Assembly: GCA_964016885.1 (NCBI GenBank)
Contig: OZ024741.1
Coordinates: forward strand, 17,360,001 to 17,424,000
Direction of reading: 5' to 3'
DNA: 64,000 nucleotides
From: Eledone cirrhosa
Taxonomy: Eukaryota
Positions 39,095-52,652 of the stretch are shown piece after piece (position 1 is the stretch's first letter; every line of letters starts with the position of its first letter). Position numbers and translations under genes: made by a program. The notes under the pieces were generated by a model. The model did no database searches and was not told the DNA's origin. It was given only the letters and a program-made list of their open reading frames with translations.

Positions 39095-39950
39095 CATACA
39101 TATATGCACATACATATACATACATACACATACATACACATACATACATACATACATACATACATGCACATACATACATACACAAACATACATACATATA
39201 CATACATACACATACATACACATACACATACATACACATACATACATACACAATCATAATACATACATATACATACATACAAACACATACATATACATAC
39301 ATAAAAATACATACATACACATACATACAAATACATACATACACATACATACACATACATACATTCACATACACATACATACATTCACATACATACACAT
39401 ATATACATACATACACATACATACATACACATACATACACATACATATACATACATACACAGACAGACACACACAAATATACAGAGACAAACAAACACAC
39501 ACAAACACACACAGACAGACACAAACGCACACAGACAAACACGCACAAACACACACAAGCACACACAGACAGACAAACACCCACAGACAGATACACACAA
39601 ACAGACAAACACACACTCACAAACACATAGACACACACAGTCAAACACACAAACACGCACAAACACACAGACACACACAGACAAACACACAAACACGCAC
39701 AAACACACAGACACACACAGACAAACACACAAACACGCACAAACACATAGACACACAGACACACACAGGCAAACACACAAACACACTGACACACACATAT
39801 AAATATACAGCCTCACACATACAAACACACAAACACACAGGCACACACACATACACACAGACACACAGACACACACAAACACAGAGACACAGAGACACAG
39901 AGACACAGAGACACACACAGACACACACAAACACATACAGGCTGTCTCAC
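38500..39950. repeat. (CATA/CA)n grading into (CAGA/CAAA/CA)n
   Basis: Direct inspection. Confidence 0.95.
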
Positions 39951-40138
39951 ACTTCCTAGCCATAGACGTCTGTGATACTAAAAGTACAACTCCCAGGAAA
40001 TAAACAACTAGAGACGACATCACCGAAATATATTACCTTTACACCTTCACTATTGAACTAAATAGAAATATCTATGTATATACGTGTGTATATGTATGTA
40101 CGTATATGTGTATATGTATGTATGTATATATATGTATG

Positions 40139-40744
40139 TCAAGTTACCAGTTGGTGCTACTGGTAACATGTATCCCAGTACAACCTGTTCAATGGTCGCG
40201 TCGTTGGCGACTAAACAGGCAACCCTACCAAGGTTTCTTGGTGAGGAGGGTGACTTTGGACATCCTGCAGGACTAAAAACAAAACCTGTCAAAGACAAAG
40301 GTGCTCTTAAGAGTCAATGGCCATCCAAAATCACCGGGAGAGATGACCCCTTAGCCTTTATCAAGGCAGAATTCTAGGAGAAGGAAAACTCTGATATAAC
40401 ACCTGCAACCCTGATGGTATCCAATGATGTTGACTTGTTCTTCTTTTTGGTAAATATCATCTTGGTTAAGAGAGTGGGACTGGCTTTGTGCAGTGCCTTT
40501 GCTCACTGTAAAAGCTTCACGGCACAGGCATTGCTTTATATCTGGAGATCTCTCTGCACTTGTCGTCACATGGTACCATGGGCCCAGCACTATGTGATAA
40601 TAATTGTCACAGGTGTAGTGTTTGTACCAGAGTTTTCAAGTCGCTGGCTGCACTAAAAAATCACACTCGTTCAGCGCATCGGTAGGGGTTCTCCTACATG
40701 GATATAAAGTAGTGGCCGTACTCGAAAACGAGTTGGCAGCCACC

Positions 40745-40748
<4 letters not shown>
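40139..40748 (+). mobile_element. RTE-derived bipartite non-autonomous element family A (~610 bp)
   Basis: RTE 5'-UTR-like CTAGGAGAAGGAAAACTCTGAT; 3' part encodes [14 protein letters not shown] finger remnant; RTE-type tail; four copies in the window. Confidence 0.85.
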
Positions 40749-40821
<73 letters not shown>

Positions 40822-40877
40822 TATGTATTATTATGTACATATATGTATGTATATGTGTATGTATATATATGTATACG

Positions 40878-40921
<44 letters not shown>

Positions 40922-40987
40922 AATATATGTATATGTATATATGGGTAGGTGTGTATATACGCATGTACATATGTATGTGTATGTATA

Positions 40988-41362
40988 TGCGCGGGGACAT
41001 AGAAATAGTCGGGTTGGACACCCGATCGCGTGGTTAAACCACTGGGAGTTAAGGACCCCTAGCCTTTGTCAGGGCATTCTTCTAGGAGAAGGTAACTCAG
41101 GGAAACTGGGATAACTCCGATATAAAACCTGCGGCTCAGTAGTTACAGATGATGTTGATCTTTTCTTCTTTTCGGATTATAGCTACTGTCTCTCAGAGAG
41201 TGGGATTGGCCCAGTGCACAGTCTTTCCTCACTTTAAAAAATATCTTCACGCTCAGGCATAGCACGATAGAATTAACTAATAATTATAATTATTAATTAT
41301 TAATTATTAATAATGGTATATCGTGCAATGGCCATACTCGATAACGAGGGGGCAGCCATCAT
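40988..41362 (+). mobile_element. RTE-derived family B copy
   Basis: GACCCCTAGCCTTTGTCAGGGCA, CTAGGAGAAGGTAACTC, tail TATCGTGCAATGGCCATACTCGATAACGAGGGGGCAGCCATCATG. Confidence 0.85.
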
Positions 41363-41415
41363 GTTTGTGTGTATGTATTTGTGTGTGTATGTATATATGT
41401 GTGTGTATGTATATA

Positions 41416-41852
41416 TAGCCAGGTTGCCAGGTCGCCAGGTTGCCAGGTTGCCAAATGGCAAATGGGCCCCAGGGGGCTCACCGTAGCATTGCAAGAGCCC
41501 AGAGTAGCATTGCAGGGCCCACTGTAGTAATTTAGAGGCCAATGCTTTGCTTTAAAAAAATACTTGGAATCTAAGAGAAAGAATAACATTTTTTTTTAAA
41601 TAAGTAAAACAATTAAGCAAAGCATTTGGTCAACCAATTCCCCAGGAATAAATAGAAACCTAAATATACGATAGTGCAGATAGCTGCATTCAGTGGTCGT
41701 ACATTCTACTAAATCTAAAGCTTAGTGTATTCATCCATGCATGCAAACATACATATATAGACACAGACACACAAGTATGTGTTTTTATTATTTCAATTCC
41801 ACACGATGTTTGACTTGTGTGTGTGTGTGTGTGGGGGGGGGGGGTATATATA

Positions 41853-41900
<48 letters not shown>

Positions 41901-42184
41901 CCCCCCCCCACACACACACACATGTGTATATATAGAGTGAGTGTGAAAGACCAAAGGTCATTATTGAAAGTCTCTGGATTTCGTAAAATACATTTTTTAT
42001 TGGAGAAGGAATGATATTTTTCCGCAAACATTTGATAACACTGTTTTGTTTCCACTAATGTACTAATGTATTTCTTGAAAATGTTATTTATTCATTATAA
42101 AATTTAAATGATAGCATTCTATATGTAGGTAGACCCTCCCTTCATCTCCTGGCAACCAATATTTTTAGACCCAGTCCGTCACTG
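41416..42184. mobile_element. possible hAT-type MITE remnant
   Basis: Right end CCCAGTCCGTCACTG resembles a CAGTG.CGGACTGGG TIR; GGGCCC subterminal motifs; left TIR not clear; 41665-41745 is similar to 33100-33190. Confidence 0.35.
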
Positions 42185-42200
42185 TATATATGTGTGTATG

Positions 42201-42247
<47 letters not shown>

Positions 42248-42297
42248 TTCTTTTCAATGGCTGACAATACCTTACCGGCGCCACTCGAATAAGGTAG

Positions 42298-42455
42298 TTA
42301 TTTAACCCATTAATGGGGCCCTAACAGGTACTACTACTCCGGGCCAGAACAGACCTGGGAGTTATGACAACTAAGGGGTAACTCCACATTCTCCACAGCT
42401 CCTGAACTCCCGAATTGGAGCCTTGCCACTGGATGTAGTTTAATGTCATACCCAG
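42298..42455 (-). mobile_element. SINE 3' fragment (third family)
   Basis: Minus strand CTGGGTATGACATTAAACT..CTCCCAGGTC..CCCGGAGTAGTAGTACCTGTTAGGG; recognised from memory as an octopus-type SINE. Confidence 0.55.
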
Positions 42456-42720
42456 CTCAAAAGTGACACAGAGGAGACTGAGGTTAGCTGGACATGCTCA
42501 TCGACATCCAGAGTTGACATTGCACTCAGTGCTCCTGTGGGAGCCCCTATATGGACACACTGGAAGAGGAAGACCAAGGTTAACGTATGTTGATGCCCTA
42601 AGGACAGACACTGGTCTGTTGGAGACGCAGGGCATGGCAGCGATAATAAGGGACAGAGACCGCTGGAGAGAACTCGTCCATGGATCTCTGGAATTTTACC
42701 CGCCCTAGAAAAAAAAAAAT
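42453..42720 (+). pseudogene. 3' fragment of the RTE-X-like family
   Basis: Closely matches 25558-25813; ORF 42463..42708; poly(A) after the stop. Confidence 0.9.
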
Positions 42721-42850
42721 ATATATATGTGTGTGTGCGTTTATTCATGCATCTATATGCGTGTATGTATGAATATACGTATGTATTTATGTATGTATTA
42801 GGTATGTATGTATATTTGTATGCAGGTATGTATGCGTGTATATATGTATG

Positions 42851-43397
42851 TCGTTGGCGACTAAACTGGCAACCCCACCAAGGTTTCTTGGTGAGGAGGG
42901 TGGCTTTGGACATCCTGCAGGACTAAAAACAAAACCTGTCAAAAGGCAAAGGAGCTCTTAAGAGTCAATAGTCATCCAAAATCACCGGGAGAGATGACCC
43001 CTTAGCCTTTGTCAAGGCAGAATTCTAGGAGAAGGAAAACTCTGATATAACACCTGCAACCCTGATGGTATCCAATGATGTTGAATTGTTCTTCTTTTTG
43101 GTAAATATCATCTTGGTTAAGAGAGTGGGGCTGGCTTTGTGCAGTGCCTTTGCTCACTATAAAAGCTTCACAGCACAGGCATTGCTTTATATCTGGAGAT
43201 CTCTTTGCACTTGTCGTCACATGGTACCATGGGCCCAGCACTATGTGTCAATAATTGTCACAGGTGTAGTGTTTGTACCAGAGTTTTCAAGTCGCTGGCT
43301 GGACTAAAAAGTCACACTCGTTCAGCGCATCGGTAGGGGTTCTCCTACATGGATATAAAGTAGTGGCCGTACTCGAAAATGAGTTGGCAGCCACCAT
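42851..43397 (+). mobile_element. family A copy (5'-truncated)
   Basis: Aligns to 40200-40746; TATG repeats on both sides. Confidence 0.88.
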
Positions 43398-43408
43398 ATA
43401 TGTATGTA

Positions 43409-43590
43409 TGGATGTTGATCTTTTCTTCTACTGTCACTCAGGGAGTGGGATTGGCTCAGTGCACAATCTTTCCTCACTTTAAAAAATATCTTCACGCACA
43501 GGCATTGCACGATAGAATTAATTAATAATTATTAATAATGGTATACCGTGCAATGGCCATACTCGATAACGAGGGGGCAACCATCATGTA
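43409..43590 (+). mobile_element. family B 3' fragment
   Basis: Aligns to 41149-41362 with a small deletion. Confidence 0.85.
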
Positions 43591-43689
43591 TGCATGTATG
43601 TATTTATGTATGTATGTTTAAATATGTATGCATAAATTATGCATGTATGTATGCGTGTATGTATGTATGTATATGTGTGTGTGTGTATG

Positions 43690-45460
43690 TTCTGGTTTTA
43701 TAATTTTACAAACTTTTGCCAATAGAGAGAGAGTCGGTTTCTAACATAGACACAAGACTCTCTCATTGGAATTTACACAACATCAACTAGGTAGATATAT
43801 CTGCATGGCTGCATGTGTGTGTAGGTATGGATGTTATTGTACGTGTGGATGTGTAAGTTTTAAGCATGTACACACGCTTTTCATCTGTACATGTGTATAT
43901 GCAGTTACTAGATGCAGAATATTTGGAATGTTTTACATATTTTTACTGTTCCATTAATTGATTGTGCTTGTAATTTCCTAACTAGTTGTGTTCTTTCTGT
44001 TCCTGTGAAGCCTAGCTTCTCAAGATTTGTATTGAGGCAGTTACTAACATACCCCAGCGCCCCAATAATCACAGGCATAAATCTGAAGGTGTAGTCAGGG
44101 TGGAGTATCTGCAGATTTCTCATTAATTCTGCATAGATATTCTCCTTTTCACTAATCTTTGATATTATATTGGCATATGCTGGGAATGCCTTCTTTTCCC
44201 TGTCCCATATTATATCCTGGCTGTTATGCTTGCATTTTATTGGGGTTTTTACTGGAACATTCCACCAGTACTCTTCCACCAGTACTCTTTCATATTATGT
44301 ATATGTATACAGATTGCATTGTACAGTGTTTTGGCCACTACGTCACGCCTCATAGGTAGATAGTACTGTGATGACATTCTTTGGACAGCTGCTTATGACA
44401 TGGGTGACACCTTCGATGTTAATTAGGCAGAGTCTGCACTTGTTATCACATCTAGGTGCTTTGACACTATCCCTTTCTCTTTTGTGTATCAGGTATTTTG
44501 TATTGATTTTCTGTTCTTGGATTGCAAAAGCGTATCCTTCAAAGTTGGAGCCAATATAGCGGTTGTTGGTCCAAGATAGACTACTTACCTTATCTATATT
44601 ACTCTCACTCTGGAGGCTCCTGGCAACATATCCATGCATGTATTCACTGCGGTATTGCAGGGCGATTTCCCTGGGTGTGAGGTTTTGATTATCATACATT
44701 TCTGAAGGATTTCCTTCTCAACTCTCATAATCTAATGTAGACAAACGTACTCAATAGATGGGCTCCTTCGCTTGGTAGTTCATAAATGTTGTTGGAGAGA
44801 TATGATGCGACACTAAAATGCTGTCTGGACTGATATGTGTTGCGGGTAGAAGCTATTATGGAAATTTCCGGTGTTGTTTAAGATTTTTCGGATTTTATCA
44901 TTGACAGCTCATATTTCGTCTATCGTCCAATCGAGTATTCCAAACGTTGGTGTTAGGACAGGCACAGCAAACACATTGTAAGCCACTGTTTTATTGTGCC
45001 CAGAGAGTTCCGATGACCATATCTTTCTTAATCGGGTGTAGTTTTCCCTGGTTACGCGTTCCTTATTACATATACCATTATAGGATATGTTCTCATCCTT
45101 TCCACAGGTATTTGTAGCAGTCCTTGCCAGATATCGATGAAACAGTTAAGCCATTGATAAAAATGTTAGATTGGTTTGTAGTTTTCCCCCGCTTTACAGT
45201 CATATATGAACATTCTTTTTTTTTTTCTAGAACGTCGTAACCAGGTTTAAATTTTTCTTCATCCCATTTATGTTCTTGGCATAGAGTTGCAGGTTTTCCA
45301 CAAATAAGTTATGCGCTAATTTTGTATCTTGTCCCGTGAGCCAATTATGTCTCCTTCACATTTCTTGAGCAGAAAATACAAGATTTTTAATGATAAAATA
45401 AATAGTGACACAAAGAGACTGTCTCATTGAAATATACCTCTGTAATATTCTATTTTATCA
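43690..45460 (-). pseudogene. decayed R4-like RLE LINE (third family, (CATA)n tail)
   Basis: RGIFQ*DSL, HNLFVENLQLYA (dead RT site), EGYAFAIQEQ, CRLC..HVISSC, PVIIGALG; 3' UTR runs into (CATA)n on its own strand. Confidence 0.85.
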
Positions 45461-45792
45461 ACGAAAATATAGGATAGTAACCCAAGATAGGTTCTCTATG
45501 GCTCTGATAATAGTGCCGGGGACTTTACCAAGTCGGGGGACCTCTATCATCCAATAGTGGGGAACAGAAGGACTGGTATGTTATTTTATCGACCAAGGAA
45601 TGAGGAAAAACAAAGTTGCCCTTTGTAGGATTAAACTCTGAAATTAAAGGGACGTAACTACGTTCATCAACGTTGTCCGACAGCTACAATACAGCCACTA
45701 CTTCCCTTTCAATCCCAACCTGTCAATGACCACCGCTGGTTCTATGACACAAAACCGTATAATTTATAGAGTTCATGTTAAAAACTTCCTAT

Positions 45793-46089
45793 GACAATAT
45801 GACTACAATACCACTACGGTACCCTGACACTATGACTACAATACCACTACGGTACCCTGACAATATGACTACAATACCACTACGGTACCCTGACAATATG
45901 ACTACAATACCACTACGGTACCCTGACAATATGACTACAATACCACTACGGTACCCTGACAATATGACTACAATACCACTACGGTACCCTGACAATATGA
46001 CTACAATGCCACTACGGTACCCTGACAATATGACTACAATACCACTACGGTACCCTGACAATATGACTACAATACCACTACGGTACCAC
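45793..46089. repeat. 33-bp minisatellite, 9 copies
   Basis: GACAATATGACTACAATACCACTACGGTACCCT units. Confidence 0.97.
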
Positions 46090-46199
46090 TATGGTGCCCT
46101 GCTGACTCCATCAGGACTTTGTAGGTCCATACTTATACAACGTTGATATTTAGCTGAAAAACAAAAAGGACAAAAAATATAAAAAAAAGAATGTTATAT

Positions 46200-46756
46200 A
46201 TAAGGTCAGCTAAAAAGTTTATAGACTGACCAAGATACTCTCATGGAATGACCAAATGAGGTTTGTTGTTTAACATAGTCCCTAGAAAGAAACAAGGCAG
46301 TTATTAATAAAAAAAATTTGAAATTAATGCATGCAAGATTTCACAACCTAGCATCACTCCTACATAGACTGGCCAAGATACTCTCATGGAATGACCAAAT
46401 GAGGTTTGTTGTTTAACATAGTCCCTAGAAAGAAACAAGGCAGTTATTAATAAAAAAAATTTGAAATTAATGCATGCAAGATTTCACAACCTAGCATCAC
46501 TCCTACATAGACTGGCCAAGATTCTCTCATGTAATTACCAAATGAGGTTTGTTTTTCAATATAATCCCTGGAAAGAAACAATGTAGTTATTAATACGAAG
46601 AATTGAAATTAATGTATGCAGGATTTTAGTTCTAGCAGCACCCCTTCTTAAGCTGACTAAGATACTCTCACGGAATTACCAAATGAGGGTTATTGTTGAA
46701 CATAGTCCCTGGAAAGAAAAATGCAGTTACTAATAAGAAGAGTTGAAATTAATGCT
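46200..46756. repeat. ~143-bp tandem repeat, ~3.7 copies, probably from a mariner-type terminus
   Basis: CTGACCAAGATACTCTCATGGAATGACCAAATGAGG recurs four times; mariner origin is from remembered similarity only. Confidence 0.75.
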
Positions 46757-47174
46757 ATAACATCAGTCCTTAGTCAACCTAAAACCTTTTCAGGCGATCC
46801 TCGTACAATTGAGTCTAAACAGACCCTCCGTGGGAATGACATCTACTCTGTGTTGTATTGTCAGACAGCAATTGTAAAGCGTTGGTTCCAAACCCACCAA
46901 ATATAAATAATTTCTTCTTTTATTCCTGGGTCATGTGAGTCGAAGTTGCTATTCGCCACCAACTTGAAGGCAATTATATAATAAACCATATCATCTTACT
47001 CTCTTCTTTTCTTCATTTTCCCCTCTTGCTTTATATCTATCTCTCTTTCCACCCCCATAGCTTTATCCTCCCCTCTCTCTAACGTGCTATCTCTCCCTCC
47101 GCCCTACCCACAAATGCCAACATTGACACATCTGTTTAATGTTTGTGATATATATGTATAAAGATATGTATGTG

Positions 47175-47206
<32 letters not shown>

Positions 47207-47321
47207 TGCATATATATATATATGCATATATAAATATATATATATATGTGTGCATAAATATATATATATATATGTGTGCATACATATATATATATATATG
47301 CATACATATATATATATGTGC

Positions 47322-47354
<33 letters not shown>

Positions 47355-47776
47355 AATATATATATATATATTTATATATGCACATATATATATATGTATG
47401 CATATATATATATATGTATGCACACATATATATATATATATACACATATATGTACGTATTTACGTGTATATATACATATATACATATCGATATGGATACA
47501 GATTCATGCAAATGCACACACACACACACACACACATACACACACATATATATATACATATATATATATATATCTACACTCGACAAGATAACTTTTACCA
47601 ACAGATTCAAAGGCATTGTTTTCACTGACCTATAGCATGTCTGTGTCATGTTTGTAGTTTAAAAAACAGACATACTAGATACACCCTCAATCAGTATGTT
47701 TGTGACTTCTTCAACTGACATACATGAGTGTGTGTGTGAATATATACCGCATTATATACATATACTTATATATAGT

Positions 47777-47816
<40 letters not shown>

Positions 47817-47818
47817 TG

Positions 47819-47849
<31 letters not shown>

Positions 47850-48124
47850 GTGAAAAAATGGGGAGAAGAATACTGCAGGTTGCACATGGATAACATGTTA
47901 TAAAATGAGTCCCTCATCAGTGATTTGCCAACGATCATAGATATTTCATTGCATTAAAAATCATATACCTCACGTTGGTGCAATAATAACTAAATTAAGT
48001 TATTAGGACAATTAAAACGCGTAAAGCGAGTGAGACAAGTAAACAACAAAGAGGAAAGCTAACCGTAGATAGGAAGGGAACAAGCTACATAGTTATTCTG
48101 TCAGCATAAGCTGGATATCAATAT

Positions 48125-48175
<51 letters not shown>

Positions 48176-48177
<2 letters not shown>

Positions 48178-48646
48178 TAAACGGAATAGAAAATGCTGAC
48201 AAATTGTTCACAGTTGAAAAATGGTTTAATTAGGAATAAAAGAGTATTAGTGATTGTATGGGTTAGTATTCAGTTGTGGTTTTAAGTTTTTAAGTTTTTA
48301 CCGGTTGCGCATTTCTAAATGCTTTTCAAAAATAATTTTGAGATAGAGTGTCCGTGTTGTTTGCTCTGATCTGATTAATTTTGGGAATTCTACCTGTTTT
48401 TATGTTAAAAAAGTGGCTCCAGCGTTATTTTTGTGTTGCAAAAATTCTTGTGGTCAAAACAATTTTGATTGGTCGGTAGAGGTCATGTGAATGTAAAAAG
48501 TTGATTTTGCGCCAAGACTGTTTTTATGTTAAAAAAGTGGCTCCAGCAAAAATTCTTGGTCAAAACAATTTTGATTGGTCGGTAGAGGTCATGTGAATAA
48601 AAAATTGGTTTTGCGCCAAGATTGAGAAATGCTTCTTTCACAACAA

Positions 48647-48684
<38 letters not shown>

Positions 48685-48863
48685 TAGTAGTAGTAGTAAG
48701 GTGTTCGATGCTGCGACAATGGCCAGCAGCGATGTGTGTCAAATGGCTATTAAGATAAGTGTGTGTGTGTGTGTGTATAGCAGAGTGATTCGTGGTGGTA
48801 GGGATGGTCAGTAAGAATGTGTCTGAAAGCAATGGGGGGTATTTTAGCATGTCAAAAGATAAG

Positions 48864-48925
<62 letters not shown>

Positions 48926-49101
48926 AGCAGAGTAATTTGTGGTGGCAGGGATGGTCAGTAAGAATGTGTCTGAAAGCAATGGGGGGTATTTTAGCATGTC
49001 AAAAGATATTTTTCAGCTTTTGTCTTATACGGAGAAGTGTGTGTGTGTGTGTGTATATAAGTCTCTTTGTATGTTGATGTACGCGTGTGTATGTGTTTGT
49101 G

Positions 49102-49140
<39 letters not shown>

Positions 49141-49940
49141 ACCAGTATTTTTTTCCCCCTGGTAAAATGGTGTACATTATTCGATTTTTTCAGTAAAATC
49201 GGTTCTCTTAATAGAACATCAAAAATCTTAACAATAAAAGGTGTGAAATGATATTCACTATATATATATACACATACATATATTTACTACATATATATAT
49301 ATATATATATACATATATACATACATATATATGCACATATATTTCTTTGTATTGCACCATAGAGCATGTGTGTTTACGTGTGTCATTGTGTTTATATGTG
49401 GGTAGAGATGTGTGCTGATGTAGGTATGTATGTTGACGTGTGTATGTTGTGGGTTCGTCTTAGGGAGAAGTGTTTAGACGGGGTCCGTATTTGTTGATGA
49501 AGTAAGATTCCTTGCTGATGCGCTGGGTGTGGGTGGCATTATCTTTAAATTTGTCAACCAGTGTTGGCGCAAAATCAACTTTTTACATTCACATGACCTC
49601 TACCGACCAATCAAAATTGTTTTGACCACAAGAATTTTTGCAACACAAAAATAACGCTGGAGCCACTTTTTTAACATAAAAACAGGTAGAATTCCCAAAA
49701 CTAATCAGATCAGAGCAAACAGCACGGACACTCTATCGCAAAATTATTTTTGAAAAGCATTTAGAAATGCGCAACCGGTAAAAACTTAAAAACTTAAAAC
49801 CACAACTGAATACTAACTCATACAATCACTAATACTCTTTTATTCCTAATTAAACCATTTTTCAACTGTGAACAATTTGTCAGCATTTTTTATTCCGTTT
49901 ACCAATATATAATAACTTGTGTGTTACACCTCTATTCTTT

Positions 49941-49943
<3 letters not shown>
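48176..49943. mobile_element. fold-back element: ~340-bp inverted arms (48176-48515 / 49564-49905)
   Basis: Visible reverse complementarity; TA-flanked; same family as 54268-55700. Confidence 0.85.
49330..49560 (-). pseudogene. Penelope-like GIY-YIG C-terminal remnant
   Basis: Minus strand KFKDNATHTQRISKESYFINKYGPRLNTSP* matches the R..E..FI....P.LN motif. Confidence 0.65.
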
Positions 49944-50007
<64 letters not shown>

Positions 50008-50009
50008 CT

Positions 50010-50880
50010 TAAGTATAAACTTAAACTAAATATTAAGATAGTAGAAAGACCAGGTACCTCCATAAAAATACTTATTAGTAATACATACCCTTTTCAAAGA
50101 CCTCCCTGTATAGATAAGAAATGTATAATCTGTAAACTAAGCTCCCATATTAACTGTCAAACTAGAAACATAGTATATAGCATAAGATGTACTGAGGGAC
50201 AATTTAAAGATAAGAATATAGTGTACATAGGTGAGACAGCTCGTAGTATAGGTGAACGATTAAATGAACACTGGCGAGAGCTTCAAGATAAAAAAGAATC
50301 ATCAGTACTCCACCAACATGATAAAATAGAACATAAGGGCAAATTAGAGAACATAGAAATAAAAATAAAATCTACACACAGAAAAGACGCAATGTTTAGA
50401 CAAATCACAGAGGCAACAAACATAAATGAACTCCAACCAAAATTAAATAGAAAACATGAATGGAATAGCAACATCACAACTTACAATTAAGGACAAAATG
50501 AAAACACAAACACATAAAACAAACAAGCAACCAGTAACATGTAAATAAACAAATAAATAAACAAATAAAAACACACACAGACACCCGGATATAACACATG
50601 CGCAAACAAAGCACACAACACACACAAAAACAAGATGGTGTAGGACAGAACAAAGGAGAGGCACAAAACAAAGAAAAGAATCCCCAGTCACTGAGGAGGT
50701 CACAGAATGTGTGACGAAAGAACTTTGAGAATATATGAACAACCGTCCGGTTGTGGAACCAACCAACCAACCGGAAATTTATAAATTTTTAAATTTATAA
50801 TTTAATTTATAATAAATTTGAGTGAACAACTGGTGCATGTGTTTCTTATTGGCAACATGACCCTCCCAAAGTATAACGAT
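50010..50880 (+). mobile_element. 5'-truncated Penelope-like element: GIY-YIG endonuclease (to 50490) plus pLTR with HHR
   Basis: C..KKCIIC..NCQTRNIVYSIRC..YIGETARSIGERLNEH..RQITEATNINELQPKLN; (TA)n on both sides. Confidence 0.92.
50688..50728 (+). ncRNA. minimal hammerhead ribozyme in a PLE 3' region
   Basis: TCA-CTGAGGA-G-GTCACA-GAATG-TGTGAC-GAAA-GAAC-TT-TGA. Confidence 0.6.
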
Positions 50881-50892
50881 ATGTATATATGT

Positions 50893-50938
<46 letters not shown>

Positions 50939-51038
50939 ATGTGTGTGTGTGTATACATACATACATACATATATATACATACGCATATATATATATATAT
51001 ACATACGCATGTATATATATATACACACACACATACAT

Positions 51039-51089
<51 letters not shown>

Positions 51090-51131
51090 TTTAACATATT
51101 AACAAAATAGATATTCTTGTGATCAAGTATA

Positions 51132-51194
51132 TTTTATTATACATATTTCAGAGGTACTGAGTTAACTTCAACAGTACGTCCTCATCAGATAAAA
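51132..51194 (-). ncRNA. type I hammerhead ribozyme (in a TA-flanked 51085-51300 element)
   Basis: Minus strand: TTTTAT-CTGATGA-G-GACGTACTG-loop-CAGTACCTC-T-GAAA-T-ATGT-A-TA-ATAAAA; 6-bp stem I. Confidence 0.72.
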
Positions 51195-51305
51195 TAAGAT
51201 GATGCATGGCATACCCTGACACAGTAGATGGTTAAGATTCAGTCATGGTATTGTAAAACTCATTCTTTGATTTATTCATTGAACCTTGTTTAACCTTTAA
51301 ATATA

Positions 51306-51337
<32 letters not shown>

Positions 51338-51595
51338 CGGGGGGGGGGGGGTGTATACATGCACACACACACATATATATATATAAATATATTTAGATAT
51401 TTACATATATATTGAAAAATACATTAGCACATTCACACAAGCACACAAACCCAAATACACACACACACACACATACATATATACACATAATACATATATT
51501 GAAAAATATAGTTGCACGTTTTAGTCCTGTAGAAGCCATTTCTATATTAAATATTTATACTCTGCTATGTATTGAGTATCTTACTTACTGTGGTT

Positions 51596-51699
<104 letters not shown>

Positions 51700-51734
51700 C
51701 CACAGTAAGTAAGATACTCAATACATATATATAT

Positions 51735-52250
51735 ACTACCAGATTTACCCGGCGTTGCTCGGGGCTAAGAATATACAGCTAGGATGTAAATTGAATGGAC
51801 AATCCCATAAGGATTTAGGTTTTATGGGTTTGCTGACCCAGGCATGTGACTTAGAAGAAAATCGATGCTCGCTTGAGAGCCTTGTAGTGCAGAGAATAAA
51901 CACCTACAATTTTGTCGCGAGTGACAAAGAAATGTGCAAGCTATAGCTGAAAAGTTGTAGGTCCCAACAGTTTGAATGGAAAGACCCATAAGGATTTTGT
52001 TTTGATTGATTTCTACCTTACATCATGCACTTTAGAAAAAATAATTTTGCTATCGATTTTGTATTGCTCAACGTGGATCGATTTGAAAGATTTTTGTGAT
52101 GTGACCCTCTTAGCGACAGGTGCAACGTGCACAGAACATTTGGTCAAATTCGGTTGGGTATTGTAAAAGCCTTAGGTATCCAAAGTTGTCCACACACACA
52201 CACACAGACACACACACACATCCTCGCTTTTGCTCTACGGTTCTTATATA
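51735..52250 (+). mobile_element. non-autonomous Helitron-like element
   Basis: ACTACCAGATTTACCCGGCGTTGCTCGGG start; ATTTGGTCAAATTCGGTT and CA/CAGA repeat near the end. Confidence 0.5.
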
Positions 52251-52566
52251 TTTGATATATATTTATCCTTATCGAGCCCTCTTTGGATTTTAGTCTTCAA
52301 ATTTATTATTATTACACAAATTTATTATTATTAGCTCCAAAGCATAGAGCTAATTATTATGCTGCCAATACCTTAATGGGACACGGGTATACAATACCTA
52401 ACTCCTATTAACCTAAGTATATATATATCTATATATATCCAGGGAGTGTAAGGTGAAGTTACTGTAGGTAATGTTTAGGTTCACGTCAGAGGTGAGGTGT
52501 AGAGCTACACAGTGTAATATAATAATACAAGGGCCATTTCTTAAGCCTTCATTACGTTTATTGATT

Positions 52567-52652
52567 GGTGACGCGCGTTTCGCTATTGATCAGCTGAAGG
52601 TTCGATCTATATCGATCTGGCCCGACTCTGGAATCAAAAGCTCGTCGGACAT
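52567..52652 (-). ncRNA. hammerhead ribozyme with mutated core (CCGACGA) in a PLE-like remnant (~52270-52950)
   Basis: Minus strand: CCGACGA-GCTTTTGAT-long insert-ATCAATAGC-GAAAC-GCGC-GTC, then AATAAA. Confidence 0.6.

Noticed and set aside
38329-40023. HTY- and CVY-rich ORFs over 400 aa
   Set aside because: (CATA)/(CA) microsatellite artefacts.
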